Origin: Candidatus Babeliales bacterium
Lineage (GTDB): Bacteria > Babelota > Babeliae > Babelales > JACPOV01
Reading direction: 5' to 3'
Assembly: GCA_050250855.1 (NCBI GenBank)
Contig: JBFWNW010000001.1
Location: forward strand, 412,266-476,265
DNA length: 64,000 bases
This document shows, piece after piece, positions 10,125 through 19,568 of the stretch (positions are counted from its first letter, which is position 1; every line of letters starts with the position of its first letter). The position numbers were made by a program, and so were the translations under genes. The notes beneath the pieces are model-generated. The model was not told the DNA's origin, made no database searches, and saw nothing but the letters and a program-made list of their open reading frames with translations.

Positions 10125-11228
10125 ATGCTCTTTATAAAAAAACCTTATACATACGCTCTTTTTTTGCTCTGCGCCCTATGGAGCGGAGGAGTTTTTTTAT
10201 TAAGAGCAGAATCGCAGGATTCTTTTGCTCCTCATATGCCGGGGACTGAAATTCTTACCGGAACAACGCAAGATTATCTTGATAAACAAGGTAAATATTT
10301 ATATGGCGCTAAGCTTGAATATGTCGTTTTTCCCTCTCAGCAGGCGCATGATTCTGATAAAATCCTTCATCGTCATGGTATTTTGTATCTGAAGCCTGAT
10401 GCGCGTGGCACTATACTCGTGTGCCACGGTTTTAGCTGTGATAAGTTTGATATAGCCTTTATTCGCCGCGTTTTATTTGCGCAATACAATGTAATGTTAT
10501 TTGATTTTCGTGCCCATGGCGTTAACGTAGCGCATGATGATTGCTGTACGTTTGGTAAAGATGAAGCGCTTGATGTAATGGGTGCCGTTTCGTATATAAA
10601 GCAGCGAGCAGATATACAAAATCTACCCCTTATAGGGTACGGTTTTTCTATGGGAGCCGTTGCTGCTATTCAGGCACAAGCAACAGATTCTAGTTTATTT
10701 GATGCGCTTGTTCTTGATTGTCCTTATGACAAAAGTGAAAATGTTATTAAGCGAAGCTTAGAGCATCTTAACTTTACTGTTTTTGGCTATACTTTTGAAA
10801 TGCCAGGAAAACAGCTTCTTGAAAAATTTGCCTTTAATACCTATGTACAATCAGTACTTAAATTTCTTCTTAAAATAGTAGCGCGTCTTGATGCCACCGC
10901 AACAAGAACGTTTATGTATCCGCTTAGTCCTGTTGATTCTATTAAAAAAATAGATATTCCTTGTTTTTTCATTCATTGCAAACATGATGAAAAAGTTCCG
11001 GTGCAAGCAGCAAAAGCGCTTTATGCAAATGCAGGAGGCTATAAACGGCTGTGGTTAACGGATGGGCGTCGCCATTTTGATTCGATTTTTTATAATCCAG
11101 AAAAATATATTTATAAAGTAAATAAGTTTATTGATCACGTTTTAAATCAAGAGTTAGCACAGCGAGTGCAAAGTAAAGTATATATCGATAATCGTAATAA
11201 GAGGAGAAGATATGAAGCGTATCTTTAG
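10125..11228 (+). CDS. alpha/beta hydrolase
   Basis: CHGF, FDFRAHG, GFSMG nucleophile elbow, DEKVP, C-terminal His. Confidence 0.85.
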   Translation: MLFIKKPYTYALFLLCALWSGGVFLLRAESQDSFAPHMPGTEILTGTTQDYLDKQGKYLYGAKLEYVVFPSQQAHDSDKILHRHGILYLKPDARGTILVCHGFSCDKFDIAFIRRVLFAQYNVMLFDFRAHGVNVAHDDCCTFGKDEALDVMGAVSYIKQRADIQNLPLIGYGFSMGAVAAIQAQATDSSLFDALVLDCPYDKSENVIKRSLEHLNFTVFGYTFEMPGKQLLEKFAFNTYVQSVLKFLLKIVARLDATATRTFMYPLSPVDSIKKIDIPCFFIHCKHDEKVPVQAAKALYANAGGYKRLWLTDGRRHFDSIFYNPEKYIYKVNKFIDHVLNQELAQRVQSKVYIDNRNKRRRYEAYL

Positions 11229-11916
11229 TATGAGCATATTACTGCTCATTGGAACATCATCATTATTTGCAAAATTTTATGAACCTATGAGTGATGCACA
11301 ATTTTATAAGCAAATAGAGCGCCATCCATTTACCGTTGTTTTCTTTGTACCCTATGCAGAAAGTCCTGCTGATGAAAAAAAGCTTGATATGATGGATGAT
11401 GCTTTTGAGCGTTTGAGCAGAAGAGAGCGTTACAAAAAAACCGATGTTGCTTTTATTGTTATAGATTTAGCAGAACTTTCTGGGCTTGTTGCTGATTTTA
11501 TGCTCAATATAAAAGTGCCAACCATGATGCTTTTTAAAGGTGGTAAAGTTGTCAAAAAAGCAGATGGTTCTATTTTAAAGCAAGAAGGCTTTCTTGATAA
11601 AACTGAAATACAAGAACTTATTGAAGAATATTTTGGGCAAGCATTGAACGATAGAATACGCCGTATGATTGATATAGCAAAAACACGTGAACAAGAACGC
11701 CAGCGCTTAGCACAGCAAGAAGCGCAGGCACAAGCTCAGCAGCAAGAACAAGCAACTACGCAAGTGGAATATGTAACACAGCCAGCAACAACCTATACAA
11801 CGTATTCATATCCTCGCTATCGAAGATATTATGGACCACGATTTGGTGTAGGTTTAGGCTTTGGGCCATTCTGGGGCGGCGGCTGGCGAGGTAGAGGCTG
11901 GCGACGTCGTTGGTAA
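11212..11916 (+). CDS. exported thioredoxin-fold protein lacking CxxC, with Gln-rich and Gly/Arg/aromatic tail
   Basis: Signal peptide; TVVFF...FIVID...VPTMMLFKGGK thioredoxin-like pattern. Confidence 0.6.
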   Translation: MKRIFSMSILLLIGTSSLFAKFYEPMSDAQFYKQIERHPFTVVFFVPYAESPADEKKLDMMDDAFERLSRRERYKKTDVAFIVIDLAELSGLVADFMLNIKVPTMMLFKGGKVVKKADGSILKQEGFLDKTEIQELIEEYFGQALNDRIRRMIDIAKTREQERQRLAQQEAQAQAQQQEQATTQVEYVTQPATTYTTYSYPRYRRYYGPRFGVGLGFGPFWGGGWRGRGWRRRW

Positions 11917-11943
11917 TATAAAAATTAAAAAAGGGGCGTTGTT

Positions 11944-12327
11944 ATGAATAAAAAAATTTTTGTGCTTGGATTATTATTGGGTGTTTCATTACTCCATGCA
12001 CGTTTATATATAACAGAAGATGAATCAGAATTCTATCAACGCCTTACGTGTCCTTCATGTACTCGCGCACAATCAGTGCCCTATGAAGCATCGGTTAAAA
12101 ATAATAATGGTTCAAGAACCTTAATTGCACGAATCACCGAAGATGGGCGTTGCTATAATGCATGTAGTTCTGAAGAATGTTGTTGCTGCATTGATTATCG
12201 TCACCCGCGTGGTATGTATGGCTTTATGGGCTATCCATATGGTTATTGGCCAGCATTTGGTCAAGGCTTTGGTTTTGGTGGTTACCGAAGACCGGGGTCA
12301 GATTTCGGCTTTAATTGGGGCTGGTAA
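11944..12327 (+). CDS. exported Cys-rich protein with Gly/aromatic tail
   Basis: Signal peptide; CPSC, CCCC; GFGFGG...FNWGW. Confidence 0.6.
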   Translation: MNKKIFVLGLLLGVSLLHARLYITEDESEFYQRLTCPSCTRAQSVPYEASVKNNNGSRTLIARITEDGRCYNACSSEECCCCIDYRHPRGMYGFMGYPYGYWPAFGQGFGFGGYRRPGSDFGFNWGW

Positions 12328-12439
12328 GAATTTTTGTCCGATAATGCTTCGGCGTTGCTATGTAATAAAAAATTAGAGCAATTTTCTCCTTTGCGGTATA
12401 CTTTCCTTATATGTTTTTTATTAATAAGGAAATATACGC

Positions 12440-13954
12440 ATGAATACCATTACCCTTTCTCATGAATCATTATTAGAAAGTAAAAAACAGGGTTGTGCAT
12501 TGTTTGTAGAACAAGATGCCCTGAATACGCAAGAAATTAAAGATATAGCAAAAGCATATTTCCCCTCGTTAACAACCTATTTCAAAGCGCATGATTTTAC
12601 TGGTCAAGCAGGAAAAATAGTTGCATTGCCGGTTGCTGATGGCAAAGCAGTAACTATGATTTTTTTTGTTGGGCTTGGTGCACCAAAACAAAAATCGATT
12701 GATATTGAAACATTTCGTCGAGCATTAGGACTTTTAATAAAAACATTGCAACGACAAAAAATTGATAGTTGTTCATTGGTAACGCCAGAAGCATCATTAT
12801 TTAGTGTTTCAAAAGAAACCTTAGCAAAAGAAGTTGCTATAATTTCTAATATGGCCGCGTATCATTTTGATGAATATATCACCAAAGAAGATAGAAAAGT
12901 AAATCAGAATCTTGATCTTACCTGGATTGTAAAAGCAGCTGATGCAAAAGAGTACAAAAAGGGTTTAGAGGTTGGTTCTATTATTGCAAAATCAATTAAT
13001 AAAGTTCGTCATTGGATTGATTTACCACCAGTAGCATTAACACCTACCGAATTAGCAGGCAAAGCACAAAAGATTGCCAAAGAGCAGGGATTAAAAGTTA
13101 CTGTTTTTAGTGAGCCTGAAATTAAAAAAATGGGAATGGGTGGTCTGGCAGGAGTTTCTGCTGGTTCTGAACAAGATTGCAAATTTGTTATTTTAGAATA
13201 TAAAGCAAAAAAGAAAAATGCGCCGACTATTGCGTTAGTTGGTAAAGGAATTACGTTTGATTCTGGCGGCTTGAGTTTAAAACCAGCGCGCTACATGGAA
13301 ACGATGAAAGAGGATATGTCAGGCGCTGCGGCAGTAATTGGCACGATGGAAATTCTTGCACAGTTGCAACCTGATGTGAACGTTTTGGGGATTACACCAC
13401 TTTCTGAAAATTTACCCAGTGGTAAAGCGACAAAGCCTGGCGATATTCTCACCTTTTATAATGGTATGACGGCAGAAGTAAAAAATACGGATGCAGAAGG
13501 TCGTTTAATTTTAGCTGATGCGCTTTCATATGCGGTAAAACATTATAAACCTGATGTAATGATTGATATTGCAACATTAACGGGAGCTTGTGCGTATGCG
13601 CTTGGGCCATTCTTTACTGGCATAATGGGTAAACATCCAGAAGTTCTTCAAAAGATAAAAGATGCGGCCAAAAAATCTGGCGATTATGTTTGGGAACTTC
13701 CTTTTATTGATGACTATAAAGTTGCTATAAAATCTCCTGTTGCCGATATGTGCAATAGTGGTAACGATAAATATATGGCCGGTGCAATTACCGCAGGATT
13801 CTTTTTGCAGAATTTTGTAGGCGAAACGCCATGGGCGCATTTAGATATTGCTGGTACTGCATTTGATGTTCCTGATATTAGTTATTATGGCGGCAGTGGT
13901 GCAACTGGTGTAGGTGTTCGCTTATTTGTGGAATTAGTACTTAATTGGCGCTAG
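12440..13954 (+). CDS. pepA: leucyl aminopeptidase (M17)
   Basis: VGKGITFDSGG, MKEDM, NTDAEGRL, DIATLTG, WAHLDIAG. Confidence 0.95.
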   Translation: MNTITLSHESLLESKKQGCALFVEQDALNTQEIKDIAKAYFPSLTTYFKAHDFTGQAGKIVALPVADGKAVTMIFFVGLGAPKQKSIDIETFRRALGLLIKTLQRQKIDSCSLVTPEASLFSVSKETLAKEVAIISNMAAYHFDEYITKEDRKVNQNLDLTWIVKAADAKEYKKGLEVGSIIAKSINKVRHWIDLPPVALTPTELAGKAQKIAKEQGLKVTVFSEPEIKKMGMGGLAGVSAGSEQDCKFVILEYKAKKKNAPTIALVGKGITFDSGGLSLKPARYMETMKEDMSGAAAVIGTMEILAQLQPDVNVLGITPLSENLPSGKATKPGDILTFYNGMTAEVKNTDAEGRLILADALSYAVKHYKPDVMIDIATLTGACAYALGPFFTGIMGKHPEVLQKIKDAAKKSGDYVWELPFIDDYKVAIKSPVADMCNSGNDKYMAGAITAGFFLQNFVGETPWAHLDIAGTAFDVPDISYYGGSGATGVGVRLFVELVLNWR

Positions 13955-13959
13955 TATTA

Positions 13960-13987
13960 TTGACAAATATTGCAATGAATCTATAAT
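13960..13987 (+). promoter_or_regulatory. sigma70 promoter
   Basis: TTGACA-N16-TATAAT consensus. Confidence 0.7.
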
Positions 13988-14030
13988 AAGCCCACAGAGA
14001 TAACCTTTTTATAGCTTAGGAGTATTTGCA

Positions 14031-14177
14031 ATGATGTTAAAGCAGCTAACATTTTTACTATTTCTTTTTTCTGCGACAACTTTTGTGTCAGCATACAATG
14101 GTGATCAAGGAGAGGTTATTGTAGTAATTGGTACTGGTAATGGTGGTGAGACTAAACAAACAAGTGTTGCGCCATAA
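14031..14177 (+). CDS. small secreted peptide (48 aa)
   Basis: MMLKQLTFLLFLFSATTFVSA-YNGDQGEVIVVIGTGNGGETKQTSVAP; RBS AGGAG; consensus promoter directly upstream. Confidence 0.6.
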   Translation: MMLKQLTFLLFLFSATTFVSAYNGDQGEVIVVIGTGNGGETKQTSVAP

Positions 14178-14228
14178 TACATAGAATTATTATCTATCGT
14201 TTTTATAAATACATTGAGGAAAAACAAC

Positions 14229-14840
14229 ATGGTTTCATATTCTCCTAAAAAACTGTTCTTTTTTATGATTTTTTCTGCATCATGCATGCAGGGTTCAGAT
14301 CAATCCTTTGATGCTTTGAAGGAAAAAACTAAGACTAAATGGCGACACATACAATCTCAAGTTTATGAGTTTGCAGATACTGTTAAAGAAAAAGCTCCTG
14401 AATTTTTCAATACTATGAAAAACAAAGCTTTTGAGTTTAAAGATAAATATTTACCGCAGCAAGAAGCGCAACAATCTGAGTCTAGCGCTATCAAAGAATC
14501 TGTGCCAGGAGCTGCAGCGACCCCTGCTGATGTTTTACCAGCTCAAGAGACAGCAGCGGCAAAAGAAGTTGCTATGTCTGATAACGCGGTGCAAACCATT
14601 CAAGGTCTTGAGCAAAATAAAGATGTAAAAGTTGCTTGGTTTTCAAAGCGCACGGCATTGTTTTTTGGCGCAGGTGCAGTAGCCCTTATTTCAGTTGGTG
14701 CGATTGTTTATATTCTTTATGAGGATGGTACGCTTACAAAACTCGCTGATGTAGTCAAAGAACATCCGGTCAAAACTGGTTTGGCGTGTTTAGCTACAGC
14801 ACTTACTTTTTATGCAGGATATAGTTACTGCACGAAGTAA
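14229..14840 (+). CDS. hypothetical membrane protein
   Basis: Signal-like N-terminus and two C-terminal hydrophobic helices. Confidence 0.6.
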   Translation: MVSYSPKKLFFFMIFSASCMQGSDQSFDALKEKTKTKWRHIQSQVYEFADTVKEKAPEFFNTMKNKAFEFKDKYLPQQEAQQSESSAIKESVPGAAATPADVLPAQETAAAKEVAMSDNAVQTIQGLEQNKDVKVAWFSKRTALFFGAGAVALISVGAIVYILYEDGTLTKLADVVKEHPVKTGLACLATALTFYAGYSYCTK

Positions 14841-14862
14841 GTAGTTTACTCGAGAATTTTTT

Positions 14863-14894
14863 AAAGAGCTCTGGTTTTTCCAGGGCTCTTTTTT
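14863..14894 (+). terminator. Rho-independent terminator
   Basis: AGAGCTCTGG-loop-CCAGGGCTCT followed by a T-run. Confidence 0.75.
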
Positions 14895-14914
14895 GTTTTA
14901 TAGGATATTAATAA

Positions 14915-15085
14915 CCGTTCGAATGCTTCGACGAGCTCAGCACGAACGGAGTAAATATTTTACTACTGTATGACCTGCGCAGGTATTTGTGCAAAATTTG
15001 GGAATCTATCGAAGTATTAGTACGAACGGCTTTAATAGAAGTCTTTTTTCCCGTTCGCCCTGAGCCTGTCGAAGGGTGCGAACGA
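14915..15085. repeat. palindromic REP-like element pair
   Basis: CCGTTCGAATGCTTCGACGAGCTCAGCACGAACGG ... CCGTTCGCCCTGAGCCTGTCGAAGGGTGCGAACG. Confidence 0.75.
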
Positions 15086-15352
15086 AGTAAAGTAAATGCA
15101 AGAATCATATTAATCACTGTCGACATGAATCTTGTCCGATAACGCTCAGCTGATAATTTAATATAAAACCAATTTTTGGCGACTCATTTTCGAGGATTGA
15201 GCAGGGCGTTGAAGTTTATTTCTAAGCTCAATCCTCTTACCTGAGTCTTAGATGAAACGAGAAGCTTTTTTAAGAAAAGTTTTTGGGGCTATAAAAAATA
15301 TTGCAAACACAAAGCAGATAAGAGTAGGGTGATAGCATAAAAAAAGGAATAT

Positions 15353-16003
15353 ATGTCATATAAAATTATTATGTATCTTTTTTTAATAGTGAATATAGGA
15401 GAAGTAATGGCGGAAAAAAAGGATGTATTAAAAACATATAGAAAAAGAAGGGATTTAACAATCTCTCCAGAACCAAAGGGTACGGTTGCTAAAAAAAGAT
15501 CAAAAAAACCTATTTTTGTTATTCAAAAACATGCAGCATCACATTTGCATTACGATTTTCGTTTAGAAATTGATGGCATATTAGTTTCTTGGGCTGTGCC
15601 TAAAGGTCCATCAATGAATCCAAAAGAAAAACGCTTGGCCATGCGTACTGATGATCATCCTATGGAATATGCAAAATTTGAAGGCATGATTCCGGAAGGC
15701 ACCTACGGTGCCGGTACTGTTATGATCTGGGACTATGGAACCTATAAGAACATAAAAAAGAAAAACGATAAACTAGTTCCTATGACAACGTGTCTCAAAA
15801 ACGGGCAAATCGAAATCTTTTTATATGGAAAGAAACTAAAAGGAGGCTATGCTCTCCATAGATTTAAGCCAAAAGAAGATGCGTGGCTTTTAATAAAAAT
15901 GAATGATGAGTATGCAAGTGCTCGACGCAATCCAACGAACACAGAAAATAAATCCGCACGTACCAATAGAACGATGAACGAAATTAAAAAGGAAGAATCA
16001 TGA
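15353..16003 (+). CDS. LigD 3'-phosphoesterase domain protein (stand-alone)
   Basis: FVIQKHAASHLHYDFRLE, SWAVPKGPS, DHPMEY, YGAGTVMIWDYG. Confidence 0.92.
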   Translation: MSYKIIMYLFLIVNIGEVMAEKKDVLKTYRKRRDLTISPEPKGTVAKKRSKKPIFVIQKHAASHLHYDFRLEIDGILVSWAVPKGPSMNPKEKRLAMRTDDHPMEYAKFEGMIPEGTYGAGTVMIWDYGTYKNIKKKNDKLVPMTTCLKNGQIEIFLYGKKLKGGYALHRFKPKEDAWLLIKMNDEYASARRNPTNTENKSARTNRTMNEIKKEES

Positions 16004-16950
16004 ACTCCTTAAAAGTAGGTCGTTATAAGGTAGCTATTACTCACCCTGAGCGTACACTTTTTCCAAAAAGTAAAATAACAAAAGAGGATTTAATTGAGTA
16101 CTATAACGATATTGCTTCTTATATGGTACCGTACCTTAAAGATAGACCCTTGACTATGCACCGTTATCCCGAGGGAATTACTCAAGAAGGATTTTACCAA
16201 AAGGATATGCCGGATTATTTCCCTGATTTTATTAAAGGAAAAACAATCCCTAAAAAAGAAGGTGGCAGCACCACCTACGTGGTCTGCAATAATGCAGCAA
16301 CGCTTGTATACTTAGCAAACCAGGCGTGCATTACACCCCACGTATGGTTAAGTAAGATCGATAAACTAAAATACCCCGACATGCTTATTTTTGATATGGA
16401 CCCACCATCAACAACCAAGAAAAGTTTTAACCTTGTACGGCACGCGGCTCTTTCGCTCAAAAAAATTCTTGAAGATATTGGTTTGGTTCCTTTTGTAAAA
16501 ACGACAGGATCTCGGGGCTTACATGTTGTTGTGCCCATAAAAAGAACGGCCACCTTTGATGCCGTACGTACCTGCGCACAAAAAATTGCGCAGATCTTAA
16601 TTGATAATGACCCCAAACATTTTACGATGGAAATACGTAAAGAAAAAAGAGGCAATAAAGTATTTATTGATACGCTACGCAACGCGTACGCGCAAACGGC
16701 CGTTGCTCCTTATGCGGTGCGCGCTAAAGAAAAGGCGCCCGTGGCAACCCCTATTTTTTGGGATGAAGTTGAAGATGCAACCCTTACTTCACAGCGCTAT
16801 AACATAGATAATATTTTTAACTATCTTAAAAAACATAAAGATCCTTGGAAGAATTTCTTTAAAAGTGCGCGGGATATAAAGAGTGCTTGTAAGAAATTAA
16901 AACGTTCGTATGGTTTCCAGCCTTCGTCAAGACTTCGGCGGACAGGCTAA
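16000..16950 (+). CDS. LigD polymerase/primase domain protein (stand-alone)
   Basis: RYPEG, FYQK, FDMDP, KTTGSRGLHV, APYAVRA. Confidence 0.92.
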   Translation: MNSLKVGRYKVAITHPERTLFPKSKITKEDLIEYYNDIASYMVPYLKDRPLTMHRYPEGITQEGFYQKDMPDYFPDFIKGKTIPKKEGGSTTYVVCNNAATLVYLANQACITPHVWLSKIDKLKYPDMLIFDMDPPSTTKKSFNLVRHAALSLKKILEDIGLVPFVKTTGSRGLHVVVPIKRTATFDAVRTCAQKIAQILIDNDPKHFTMEIRKEKRGNKVFIDTLRNAYAQTAVAPYAVRAKEKAPVATPIFWDEVEDATLTSQRYNIDNIFNYLKKHKDPWKNFFKSARDIKSACKKLKRSYGFQPSSRLRRTG

Positions 16951-17033
16951 TCAGCTCAAATATCATTAAAATTTATAAATACCGTTATGGTTCGAGACGC
17001 AAACTAAACAAGTTTGCTCCTCACCATGAACGG
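16903..17033. repeat. palindromic REP-like elements overlapping the 3' end of the LigD-Pol gene
   Basis: CCAGCCTTCGTCAAGACTTCGGCGGACAGGCT, and TGGTTCGAGACGCAAACT...AGTTTGCTCCTCACCATGAACGG. Confidence 0.8.
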
Positions 17034-17061
17034 TATTTTAGTTGAATTTATAATGGATCCT

Positions 17062-18174
17062 TTAAAACCTCCTATTGTCAGCAACGCAGTTCATAACAAG
17101 CCCGACCATGCAAAGGCCACAAATAAGAGCAGAGTTACCATAGCTGACAAAAGGAAGCCCTATTCCTTTGGTAGGAGCAAGGCCGGTTGTTACCGCTAAA
17201 TTAATAACAGCCTGCAAACTTGTTAAAATAACAAATCCCAATACAACCAATACAGAAAAAAGATCTTTAAGTTGCCAAGCAATGCGCATGCCAACATAAA
17301 GAAATACTACATATAACGCAATAAGTAGTGTTGCGCCAATAAAACCTGTTTCTTCAGCAATAATAGAAAAAATAAAATCAGTATGCTGCATAGGTAAATA
17401 AAAGAATTTTTGTTTTGAATGAGAAACTCCGGTACCCCAAAAGCTGCCAGAACCAATAGCAATTAATGATTGTATAATTTGAAACCCGGCCCCTTGCGGA
17501 TCATTCCAAGGATTTAGAAAAATAGCAATACGTTTAAGACGATAAGGATATTTAAAAATTAATAATAGAATAACAGGAATTGCTATACCAAGTGTGCCAA
17601 AAAAAAGATACGAACTAAAATGTATAACAAAAAAGAGCATAAATGAGGTAGAGGCGATAGTAACCGCCATGCCAAAGTCTGGCTGCGCAAGTAGTATTAA
17701 ACATGGTGCTCCTACTATTATTAAAAAAGGAAAAAAACCAGAAAAAAATGAACCAAGTTTTCCCTCTTTTTTACTCAAAAAATAGGCAAGGTATATAATA
17801 AGAAAAATTCTAAGCAGCTCGCTTGGCTGGAACGATAATCCCGGTAAAGAAAGCCAGCGGTTTGATCCATGAATGCGTAATGAAAGTCCTGGAACAAACG
17901 TAAGCATTGTTGCCACTAAGGAACTTAAAAAAAGATACGGGCTTGCATTTTTTATCAGCTCAAGAGGAACTATGCGAAAAAGTAAAAGGCCGATAAGTCC
18001 TAAGGACAAACCTATAAGTTGCTTTTTTACAAAATAAAAGCTTGATCCTAACCTTTCAAAAGCAAAAACAGAGCTTGAGGAATAAATAAAAAGTAAGCCA
18101 ATGACAATAAGAGCAGCAATGCTACTTAAAAATATATGAAGATCTGCCTGTAACTTTTTTTGACTTTGTATCAT
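17062..18174 (-). CDS. ftsW: SEDS-family peptidoglycan glycosyltransferase FtsW
   Basis: RW...FQPSE, QPDFG, GFQIIQS, HTDFIFSIIAEE, PTKGIGLPFVSYG. Confidence 0.92.
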   Translation of the reverse strand: MIQSQKKLQADLHIFLSSIAALIVIGLLFIYSSSSVFAFERLGSSFYFVKKQLIGLSLGLIGLLLFRIVPLELIKNASPYLFLSSLVATMLTFVPGLSLRIHGSNRWLSLPGLSFQPSELLRIFLIIYLAYFLSKKEGKLGSFFSGFFPFLIIVGAPCLILLAQPDFGMAVTIASTSFMLFFVIHFSSYLFFGTLGIAIPVILLLIFKYPYRLKRIAIFLNPWNDPQGAGFQIIQSLIAIGSGSFWGTGVSHSKQKFFYLPMQHTDFIFSIIAEETGFIGATLLIALYVVFLYVGMRIAWQLKDLFSVLVVLGFVILTSLQAVINLAVTTGLAPTKGIGLPFVSYGNSALICGLCMVGLVMNCVADNRRF

Positions 18175-18227
18175 AAGCTCTCCCGTTTTTCTTACCTTAC
18201 TCCAGGAGGCCGAGAGCTGTCAAAAGT

Positions 18228-19268
18228 TTATGGTTGGCATTGAGCAAGAATGGCATCACCCAACATGATCTTTTCCGGATTATACGGCAACCCGTACTTT
18301 TTATAAAACGCATGAACTACTGATTCATAAAATAATGCATCGTATTCATTATCGTTCATATAGTGAGGATGACGTGAATGTTTGAGCTCTAGAATATATA
18401 GATGAGGATGGCCTGCTTTTTTAAGCTCATGATACAGATTCCAGGTGCATACGGCAGGAACTATTTTATCAATCTTTGAAGTAATAAGTAAAAGAGGTAC
18501 ATCATGAGGGAACTGCTCAACAACTTTTATCGGTTGAATACCATCAAGGTTATGATTTGGATAGATACAAGAAAAAAGTTTTTGTGCCGCATACTGTGCG
18601 TATGAAGATGATGCATATGAACCCAATTTACTTTTTAGGATTGATACTGTTTGGTCAAAGCAACCTTCAAGAATAACCGCTTTAACCGTTTTTATTTCTT
18701 TTTTGAGGTATTCGGTTGCCATAAAATTAAAAATGGTTGCAGCACCACGTGAAGCACCGTAAAGAACCATGGCGTTATCATGTTTAGCTTGCGCGTCGTA
18801 TGTTTGTGATAAACAGTCAATATCAGCTTCTTGCGCTAATGAAAGCGCTTTGCGATTAATAGAAGGATTTTTTACGCATTCAGTTGAAGATGCTTTTTGA
18901 ATAAAAGTGTTTTCATACGAATCTTCAAGCAGGCGGCGTATTTGTGCAATGCCCGTATAGAGCTGATTAAACATATAATGAGGACATGCAATATGCGCCC
19001 CAAAAGAGAAGCTATTGGTTGAATCTAGATTAATTTCAGGGAAATTGATCGCCGTGGCATTACTGCCGATAACATTAATATGTTTGCCCACGTAGACACG
19101 TTGGCCCGTTGAGGCGTCATAGGAATTGCAATATTTTGCTATTTGCCGCTCAGTTGCATGAATGCCGGGAGCAAAAAGGTACGTGGTCTGTTTGCCATTC
19201 GGATGCACCCAGGTTTCTGAAAAGCAGTTAAAGCAGGAAAGAAGGAGCAATAAAAGTATATGGTACAT
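18228..19268 (-). CDS. exported alpha/beta hydrolase
   Basis: Signal peptide; YGASRG, DKIVP, HSRH. Confidence 0.7.
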   Translation of the reverse strand: MYHILLLLLLSCFNCFSETWVHPNGKQTTYLFAPGIHATERQIAKYCNSYDASTGQRVYVGKHINVIGSNATAINFPEINLDSTNSFSFGAHIACPHYMFNQLYTGIAQIRRLLEDSYENTFIQKASSTECVKNPSINRKALSLAQEADIDCLSQTYDAQAKHDNAMVLYGASRGAATIFNFMATEYLKKEIKTVKAVILEGCFDQTVSILKSKLGSYASSSYAQYAAQKLFSCIYPNHNLDGIQPIKVVEQFPHDVPLLLITSKIDKIVPAVCTWNLYHELKKAGHPHLYILELKHSRHPHYMNDNEYDALFYESVVHAFYKKYGLPYNPEKIMLGDAILAQCQP

Positions 19269-19386
19269 AAAAACCTACTATTAATGTTATTATATACCTC
19301 TACTGTAACGCTATTTGGCCTTATGAGCAAGAGGGTCAAGCTTTCTATATTCTGCTTAGTGTTTTTTAATATGTATTATTTAAAAT

Positions 19387-19532
19387 CCCGTTCGTGGTGA
19401 GGGTTTTTCGAAGAAAAACGTCTCGAACCATTCGAACTCAGAATTAAAATATAATTTTTTATCTTTTTTAATAGGCTCCCGTTATGGTTCGAGACGCAAA
19501 CTAAAATAAGTTTGCTCCTCACCACGAACGGA
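19387..19532. repeat. palindromic REP-like element pair (uninterrupted form)
   Basis: CCCGTTCGTGGTGAG...CGTCTCGAACCA, AT-rich spacer, then TGGTTCGAGACG...CTCCTCACCACGAACGG. Confidence 0.85.
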
Positions 19533-19568
19533 ATAGAGAGCTTTGAATACTTTCTTTTAGAGAGAATG

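Noticed and set aside
14908..15126. 72-aa ORF (and the similar 41817-42011 and 40361-40555 ORFs)
   Set aside because: These are translations of palindromic repeat elements or antisense overlaps
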